From the NCBI GenBank assembly GCA_009859145.1, contig VRVR01000016.1, forward strand, positions 376,259 through 389,962: a DNA stretch of 13,704 bases. Reading direction: 5' to 3'. The notes beneath the pieces were generated by a model, which searched no databases, had not been told where the DNA came from, and worked only from the letters and a program-made list of their open reading frames with translations. A program made the translations under genes and the position numbers. Of this stretch, positions 7,908 to 13,704 are shown piece after piece (the stretch's first letter is position 1; every line of letters begins with the position of its first letter). Source of the stretch: Andalucia godoyi And28 (taxonomy: Eukaryota; Protista; Jakobida).

Positions 7908-10900
7908 AGAGACCGATTGCCGGATGAGCCGTTAAATACTCATCAAGAGCCTTGAGGTCTCGAACCTCTGAGTATCCTAGCCAAGAATCCTCGTCAGGCC
8001 CAAAGCCTTCCCAACGAACTCGGAATTTCCAATCCTTCTTTGATTTCTTTCTGTTCGATTTCGCTGGCGCTTGGTGACCGACAATAGCCTCAACTAACCA
8101 CTCGTCCTTATCAATCTCCGCTATTTCCAATGCGGACGTCGTTCGACTGGCATCGTACCATTTCAATCGGTTCAAATGATATTTCTTGACTTCATTTGTC
8201 AACAAATCTTGACATGAAACCGAGCTTCCTTCTACCGCGACGACTACGGAAGGGCCGCGCCAATGCGGGGAAATTTTCGTAGGAGGCCGTTCAGGATAAT
8301 CAATCAACACGTGATCCCCGACTTCTGGTGTCACATGTTCCATTTTCTCGTTTTGTTTCAGGCGTTTCTGAATGATACCATTCTGAAAAGCTACCGCGTT
8401 CTTGCATATGTCGGCTTGCACTTTCACGAGATTCTGGATGTAATCTTCCACCACAACGGTTTCCGTTTGCTCTTCCCCTCCTTTCGGTGGGAGGATATGT
8501 CGATTTAAGGAGATACGGTCCCCGAATACGATGCGCGAAGGATATGTTCCCACTGACGAGTGGTATGAAGAATTGATGATTCTTTGGACCAATGGGATTA
8601 CTTCTGACCAGCGACCATGCATTCGAAGATCCATGACTAGTGCTCGAAGATGGCGCATCACTTCGCCATTCACCCTTTCGACAATCCCATTGGACTGCGG
8701 GCGGTACGGAATGGTGAAGTGCCGGCCACATCCGAGAAGTTTCAGCAATTCTTCGACAATTTGCGCAGAGTACTGGGAACCGTTATCCGAACGTATGACC
8801 CGTGGCGCTCCATATCGTCCGACGATGTCTAAAATGAGTCTTGCAGCCTCTTTCGCCGTACAATCCGGGGCGGACCGCAGTTCCACGAAACGAGAAAAGG
8901 CATCGATGGCGACGATGAGGTACTTGTGTCCTGCTTCGTCCACTGGAAGCGGGCCTACTGTATCAATCGCAAGCGTGTCGAATGGTTCAGAAACCATGGT
9001 GGATCGCAGTGAAGCTTCATAGCTCGCTTTTCCGGATACCACCTTTTGACACGTTGCGCAACTTGAAATGAAAGCAGCAATGTCCTTCTCCATGTTGTCC
9101 CATTTCTTTCCAGAATCTTCCAGGAGTTGCTTCGTTTGTTTCAATCCACGGTGTCCTACCACAGGATTATGAACGGACTGAATCACAGGAATTACATCCT
9201 CGGAGATGGTGAGACACCTGGACAACACATCTGACACACAGTTTGAGTCGCCGGGAATATGAACGATGGAGAAATCAAATTCTTGCAACCGCAGTCGCCA
9301 ACGCACCAGCTTCGGCGTGGCTGACTGGTGCAGATAGATCAAATTGCGGTGATCGGTTTCAACAATAAACCGATGTCCTAACAAGAGGTGCGATAGCTGG
9401 GTGACGCAGTAGAAGATTGCATACGCTTCTTGTTCGATCGTCGACCACTTGGCTTCTGTAGGGGTGAACTTGCGGCTGAGAAACCAGACCGGACGCTCCC
9501 CCTCATCCGTCTGTTGAAGAAGCATTCCTCCAACTCCCACTTGTGAGGCATCGGTTCGTAGAATGATCTGCTTCGTATAGTCCAGATGATGGAGGAGCGG
9601 TGCAGTCAAGATAGCTTCCTTGATCGCTGCAAAGCCAGATTCACACGCTGCGTTCCATTCAAACACTGCGCGTTCGGAACAGAGTGCCGTCAGGGGGCTT
9701 ATCAGAGAGGCAAAGTTCCGCACAAAGCATCGCATATAGTTCGCGAGACCTATAAATGACCGGAGCTCAGCTTTGGTCGTCGGGGCCGTCATGCGGCGCA
9801 CGACCTTCTGACGCTCAGGAGAAATTTTGAGCCCTTGTCCACTAACTACATGACCCAGATAAACGACTTCCGACAGCCCCAGGCGGCATTTTTCTGCTTT
9901 AACGCGCAGTCCAAACTGACGCAGTCGTTCCAGAACCGTGCGCAAACGTGTCATGAACATTTCCTGTGTGGAAGCATAGATGCAAATATCATCTACAAAT
10001 ACTTCACAGATTGTTCCCACAAGGCCTGCGAGCACATCCATCATGATTTTCTGAAAGTACCTTGGGGCGTTTTTGAGCCCGAAAGGGATTCTCGTATACT
10101 CATAGAGACCCGCAGGTGTGCAAAACGCAGTGAAAGGGATAGCGGATTCCGTCAACGGAAGTTGATGAAATCCCGAGCGGAGGTCCATGACTCCAAAGTA
10201 CTTCATCCCTGACATTCGCTCGAGAATCGAGTGAGTGTTTTGCATCGGAAACTGCAAATCCACGGTACATGCATTGACTTCTCGGTAGTCCACGCACATA
10301 CGAGGGTCCTTGCCTTCCCGTCGGACTACCACAACAGGGGACGCCACTGACGACATGGAAGGCCGAATAATTCCTTGGGCCAGAAGGGATTGCACAGAGC
10401 TGTCGACTACCTGTCGCATAGCGGGAGACATTCGACGTGGAGGGACTGATCGTGGAAACTGATTTGTCTTCAACACGATGTCCATTGGTGGGACTCTCGC
10501 TGGCTCCGAGAGCGAATGCTCGTTGAAAACATCAGGAAATTCTGAACACAGATTTTGAATGTCCCGCTGTAGAACTGGGTCTTCAACGAATGAAATGGAG
10601 ACCGTATCCGCCTCCAGATTTTCCTCATTTGTCGTAAGATCGCCAGGTTCGTCTACCACTTTCCGATTTCCGTCTGAAAAATGGTCTCCAGTGAGGATTT
10701 GGATCAATCCCGTTTCTTGTAAGAATCCAAAACCGACAATGAGATCTTCATCCGTATCCAGAACTTGACACGTGATTTTGGTTTTCAACGCCAAAGGAAT
10801 TCCGGGGCCTTGATCCACCTCCAGGAAACATTCGATCTCCTTGTCCAACGTTACAGATCCCTTATCTGCAACAGTAATGGTCTTGGAGATTTCTCGGACT

Positions 10901-11811
10901 GCGACACCTAAGCGGATGAGCGAGGAGAAAGACTGTCGTGAAATCAGACAGAGAGAGGAACCGGTGTCCAACAAAGCCGAAACCGGCATGGACCCCAACA
11001 ATCCGCTGAGACGCATCGGGAGCCGAGGCACACCAACACTGTTCTCCTGCAGTTGCATCTTGACTGCCTTCGATTGCCCAGCAACCGCCGATTTCGGTTT
11101 AGGAGTCATGTTCTGCCGCTTTGGACAATTTGGCCGTATGTGCCCGGTTTCTCCGCACTCGTGGCATACAGGAGGCTTCGAAAAGATGGGTGGGACAGCC
11201 GCCACCGGATTTTCATCCTGCTTGCCTGCAAACGGCTTCTTTGAGAAAACCTTCGGAGCATTTCGTTCTTCTGGAGCGTTAGCAACATCCAGTTCCTTGG
11301 TCCAGTGAGCCAAATTCTCTGCCTCCTCAATCGCAAAACGCTTGGACTCTTCGAGAGATTCTGGCTCCCGAAACAGCACTCTCTCGCTCAGGCGAGACGG
11401 TTTGAGATTTCCGATAAACAATTTCCGAAGCTGCTTGTCAGATGGCAAAGAAGCTTCACAAAGCAATTCTTCCTTCTCAAATGAAAGAATAAAGTTTAAA
11501 ACTGCGTCCACTGACACCGTTTTAGAAGTCATACTGACTTTCTTGAAGCGATCATAGCTCTCCAATGCGGTCTTCGGCGCGAACAACGCCGAAATCTTGT
11601 CGCACAGATCGGAGCCCTCAAGATCGTTGACATCCGTTAGACGGATGGAGATAAGGCGGAGCACTGCGGTGCTCATGAGGTTCTTGATTGGCCGAATTCC
11701 TCCACGAGCCTGATACGCTTCGTACTCGAACAGAAACTTGTACCAAGCTGCCGAGCTGAGCCTCTCGAGGAAGGGGGGGACATTTGCATACGTATGCTGG
11801 TGTTCCTGCAT
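7906..11811 (-). CDS. gag-pol: Gag-Pol polyprotein of element B (1301 aa, single frame)
   Basis: Domains in Ty3/Gypsy order: CCHC knuckle CHECGETGHIRPNC (11125-11166), aspartic protease LDTG (10960-10968), RT DLRSGFHQ / PFGLKNAP / FVDD (9988-9999), RNase H TDAS...TDHRNL, integrase HHCC + DTVGP/SDNG/ERVN, and C-terminal chromodomain (EWLVEAI...VRWEGF...DSW). Confidence 0.97.
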   Translation of the reverse strand: MQEHQHTYANVPPFLERLSSAAWYKFLFEYEAYQARGGIRPIKNLMSTAVLRLISIRLTDVNDLEGSDLCDKISALFAPKTALESYDRFKKVSMTSKTVSVDAVLNFILSFEKEELLCEASLPSDKQLRKLFIGNLKPSRLSERVLFREPESLEESKRFAIEEAENLAHWTKELDVANAPEERNAPKVFSKKPFAGKQDENPVAAVPPIFSKPPVCHECGETGHIRPNCPKRQNMTPKPKSAVAGQSKAVKMQLQENSVGVPRLPMRLSGLLGSMPVSALLDTGSSLCLISRQSFSSLIRLGVAVREISKTITVADKGSVTLDKEIECFLEVDQGPGIPLALKTKITCQVLDTDEDLIVGFGFLQETGLIQILTGDHFSDGNRKVVDEPGDLTTNEENLEADTVSISFVEDPVLQRDIQNLCSEFPDVFNEHSLSEPARVPPMDIVLKTNQFPRSVPPRRMSPAMRQVVDSSVQSLLAQGIIRPSMSSVASPVVVVRREGKDPRMCVDYREVNACTVDLQFPMQNTHSILERMSGMKYFGVMDLRSGFHQLPLTESAIPFTAFCTPAGLYEYTRIPFGLKNAPRYFQKIMMDVLAGLVGTICEVFVDDICIYASTQEMFMTRLRTVLERLRQFGLRVKAEKCRLGLSEVVYLGHVVSGQGLKISPERQKVVRRMTAPTTKAELRSFIGLANYMRCFVRNFASLISPLTALCSERAVFEWNAACESGFAAIKEAILTAPLLHHLDYTKQIILRTDASQVGVGGMLLQQTDEGERPVWFLSRKFTPTEAKWSTIEQEAYAIFYCVTQLSHLLLGHRFIVETDHRNLIYLHQSATPKLVRWRLRLQEFDFSIVHIPGDSNCVSDVLSRCLTISEDVIPVIQSVHNPVVGHRGLKQTKQLLEDSGKKWDNMEKDIAAFISSCATCQKVVSGKASYEASLRSTMVSEPFDTLAIDTVGPLPVDEAGHKYLIVAIDAFSRFVELRSAPDCTAKEAARLILDIVGRYGAPRVIRSDNGSQYSAQIVEELLKLLGCGRHFTIPYRPQSNGIVERVNGEVMRHLRALVMDLRMHGRWSEVIPLVQRIINSSYHSSVGTYPSRIVFGDRISLNRHILPPKGGEEQTETVVVEDYIQNLVKVQADICKNAVAFQNGIIQKRLKQNEKMEHVTPEVGDHVLIDYPERPPTKISPHWRGPSVVVAVEGSSVSCQDLLTNEVKKYHLNRLKWYDASRTTSALEIAEIDKDEWLVEAIVGHQAPAKSNRKKSKKDWKFRVRWEGFGPDEDSWLGYSEVRDLKALDEYLTAHPAIGL

Positions 11812-11868
11812 TGAGAACAGGTACGTTAGTATTAATACTGTGATAACACCTATGAAATAAACACTTAC
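11806..11868 (-). other. Candidate 63-nt spliceosomal intron spanning the 5' LTR end, PBS position and gag ATG of element B
   Basis: Minus strand: AG|GTAAGT donor (11868-11863), TACTAAC branch site (11831-11825), pyrimidine tract CCTGTTCTC, and first AG after the branch in ATGCAG| (11806). There is no transcript evidence. Confidence 0.55.
11828..11839. repeat. Perfect 12-bp palindrome AGTATTAATACT at the PBS position of element B
   Basis: Directly visible. It covers the last LTR base and the next 11 nt, where a TGG-starting PBS would normally be. Confidence 0.9.
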
Positions 11869-12007
11869 CTAATTTTTTATTACAAATAAACATACACAAA
11901 GGCACACACACACACGTGCATAAAGAGCGAACCAACCCAGAGGCCAGGGTTAGGGTTCGGCTATCTGCCGCTACATGCGAGCAGATAGCGTCTCACCCAG
12001 CATCACA
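11839..12007 (-). repeat. 5' LTR of element B (169 bp)
   Basis: Identical to 7729-7897. It contains two adjacent hairpins, a (GT)n run, AATAAA (11881-11876) and a splice donor. Confidence 0.97.
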
Positions 12008-13704
12008 CTGGGATTCGCAAATTATCTCAGATCATTTGTTCCTCGCTTTGCGGAAATAGCTAAGCCACTCAACATGCTCTCGTCAGAAAAGGTTCAGTTC
12101 GAATGGGATGACACCTGTGCAAAGGCTTTTGAAACGTTGAAACGAGCCATCATCGACGCTCCAATGCTCCATCATCTGGACTATGACGAACCAATTCATT
12201 TGCGGACTGACGCTTCTTGCGAAGGGATCGGAGGAATGCTGTATCAGAAAAGCAGCGATGGAGAGCAACCAGTCTGGTACATCAGTCACGCTTTCCAGGG
12301 TCCTGAGAAGAAATGGTCCACCATAGAGCAGGAAGGATTCGCCATTTTTTATTGCATCAAGCAGTTAGCTCCCTTCTTGCTAGGACACACTTTTGTGGTT
12401 GAAACCGATCACAGAAACCTGGTATACCTTGAGAAAGCTAGTTCCCCCCGTCTGGTACGGTGGCGGATGGCACTTCAAGAGTTCGATTTTTCGATTCATC
12501 ATGTAGCAGGTAGCTCAAATGTCGTCGCGGACGCGTTGTCGAGGTGTCTCCGCGCACAAGAAGAGGTGGACGGTTCTCACGAACACATTATGGAGCGGTT
12601 CCATAATGCAATCGTAGGCCACAGAGGAGTACAGCTAACAGTTGACCAACTCCAAAAAGCAGGACATTCGTGGATCTCCATGAGGGATGATGTGGCAGGG
12701 TACATTCAGAAATGCGCTACGTGCCAGAAAGTTCGATTGGGAAACGCCAGTTATGTCGCAGCACTCAGAACCACGATGGTCGATGAGCCGTTCTCAGTTA
12801 TAGCCGTAGACACTATGGGGCCGTTCCCGACAGACGAGGATGGAAACCAATATGTAGTTGTGATGATAGACTGTTTCACACGGTTCACGGAATTGAGAGC
12901 GACGAAAACGGCAACAGCGGAGGCCGCGGCAAAATGTCTGATAGATGTCTTCGGAAGGTTTGGATGTCCTCGATTTCTGCGTTCGGACAATGGTCCTCAG
13001 TTTGTTGCGGATACGATTACACAGCTGCTCACGCTGCTGGGAATTGGCAGGCAGCTTACGATTCCCTATCGACCAGAATCAAATGGAATTGTCGAAAGAG
13101 CATGCGAGGAGGTAGGACGGCACCTGAAAGCGCTTGTGTTCGACCGTAGACTCAAATCGTCATGGAGTGTTGTTCTACCGCTCGTCCAGAGGATTTTGAA
13201 CTCTACTCCTTCGCTAACAACAGGAGTGAGCCCAGCACGGTTGTTATTCGGTGATGCAATACACTTGGATCGAGTTGTACTATCGGATATCAAAGAAGGA
13301 GGGGTAGTGGAGACGAAGTCTTTCGAAGACTATGTGCAGTCCTTGAATGAGAAGCAAAAGATTCTGGTTGAGCTCGCTAAGAAGCACCAAGAACATTGGA
13401 TTCGACAGAGAATCGGCAAGTCGCCAGAAAATGCAACAATGTTCGAAGTTGGGGACTATGTCTTAGTGACATATCCGGATCGAGCGCCTGACAAACTCAC
13501 TCCCAAATGGAAGGGCCCCATGGTTGTGGTAGAGAAGAATCTCGACCGCTACCTCTGTCAGGATATTGTGACTCGGAAAGTACAATCTGTACACGTCTCT
13601 CGCATGAAGAAGTTTGTGACAGATTCCCAAAATGCCGATGACCTCTTGAGAATTGCATCGGTTGATCGAGACGAGTTCGAAGTTGAAAGTATCTTGGACC
13701 ATAG
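12008..13704 (+). CDS. pol: Partial pol of a Ty3/Gypsy chromodomain element C (RT thumb/tether, RNase H, integrase, start of chromodomain); open frame not in the ORF track
   Basis: Hand translation from 12008 gives 565 codons without a stop: LGFANYLRSFV...TDASCEGIGGML...TDHRNL...HNAIVGHRG...CATCQK...DTMGP...SDNGPQF...NGIVER...PKWKGP...DEFEVESILDH. It is truncated 5' by element B and 3' by the window end. Confidence 0.95.
   Translation, partial: MGFANYLRSFVPRFAEIAKPLNMLSSEKVQFEWDDTCAKAFETLKRAIIDAPMLHHLDYDEPIHLRTDASCEGIGGMLYQKSSDGEQPVWYISHAFQGPEKKWSTIEQEGFAIFYCIKQLAPFLLGHTFVVETDHRNLVYLEKASSPRLVRWRMALQEFDFSIHHVAGSSNVVADALSRCLRAQEEVDGSHEHIMERFHNAIVGHRGVQLTVDQLQKAGHSWISMRDDVAGYIQKCATCQKVRLGNASYVAALRTTMVDEPFSVIAVDTMGPFPTDEDGNQYVVVMIDCFTRFTELRATKTATAEAAAKCLIDVFGRFGCPRFLRSDNGPQFVADTITQLLTLLGIGRQLTIPYRPESNGIVERACEEVGRHLKALVFDRRLKSSWSVVLPLVQRILNSTPSLTTGVSPARLLFGDAIHLDRVVLSDIKEGGVVETKSFEDYVQSLNEKQKILVELAKKHQEHWIRQRIGKSPENATMFEVGDYVLVTYPDRAPDKLTPKWKGPMVVVEKNLDRYLCQDIVTRKVQSVHVSRMKKFVTDSQNADDLLRIASVDRDEFEVESILDH

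Larger units (their letters stand above)
7729..12007 (-). mobile_element. Complete chromodomain-bearing Ty3/Gypsy LTR retrotransposon, element B (4279 bp)
   Basis: Two identical 169-bp LTRs with TGTGAT...ATCACA ends flank one intact gag-PR-RT-RH-IN-CHD ORF. A purine run sits next to the 3' LTR. Confidence 0.97.

Noticed and set aside
9988-9999. RT active site FVDD instead of YXDD
   Set aside because: Phe at this position (FIDD/FFDD/FVDD) is common in Ty3/Gypsy and chromovirus RTs, so it is neither novel nor inactivating.

Overview
Eukaryotic genomic window. The left ~3.4 kb has a compound microsatellite, degenerate ORF remnants (one ending in a Cys-rich CXC tail like that of KRBA2/SCAND3/Ginger-type integrases) and a multi-helix GC-rich island. 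An intronless CLC-family chloride channel gene (3441-5600, +) follows, in which the gating-glutamate motif G(K/R)EGP reads GFLGP. The right half is a nest of Ty3/Gypsy LTR retrotransposons. Element A (+) has a 318-bp 5' LTR at 6753-7070, a tRNA primer-binding site and a gag truncated at 7728. Element B (-) is a complete 4279-bp chromodomain-bearing element at 7729-12007 with identical 169-bp LTRs and one 1301-aa gag-pol ORF. Element C (+) is an open RT-thumb/RNase H/integrase/chromodomain frame from 12008 to the window end that the ORF track missed. Two observations stand out. First, element B has no tRNA PBS: the LTR edge is followed by a 12-bp palindrome, and a consensus 63-nt spliceosomal intron (AG|GTAAGT ... 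TACTAAC ... CAG) straddles the 5' LTR end, the PBS position and the gag ATG. Second, B has identical LTRs but no target-site duplication, and its two flanks do not join up. All analysis was done by eye, and no database searches were run.
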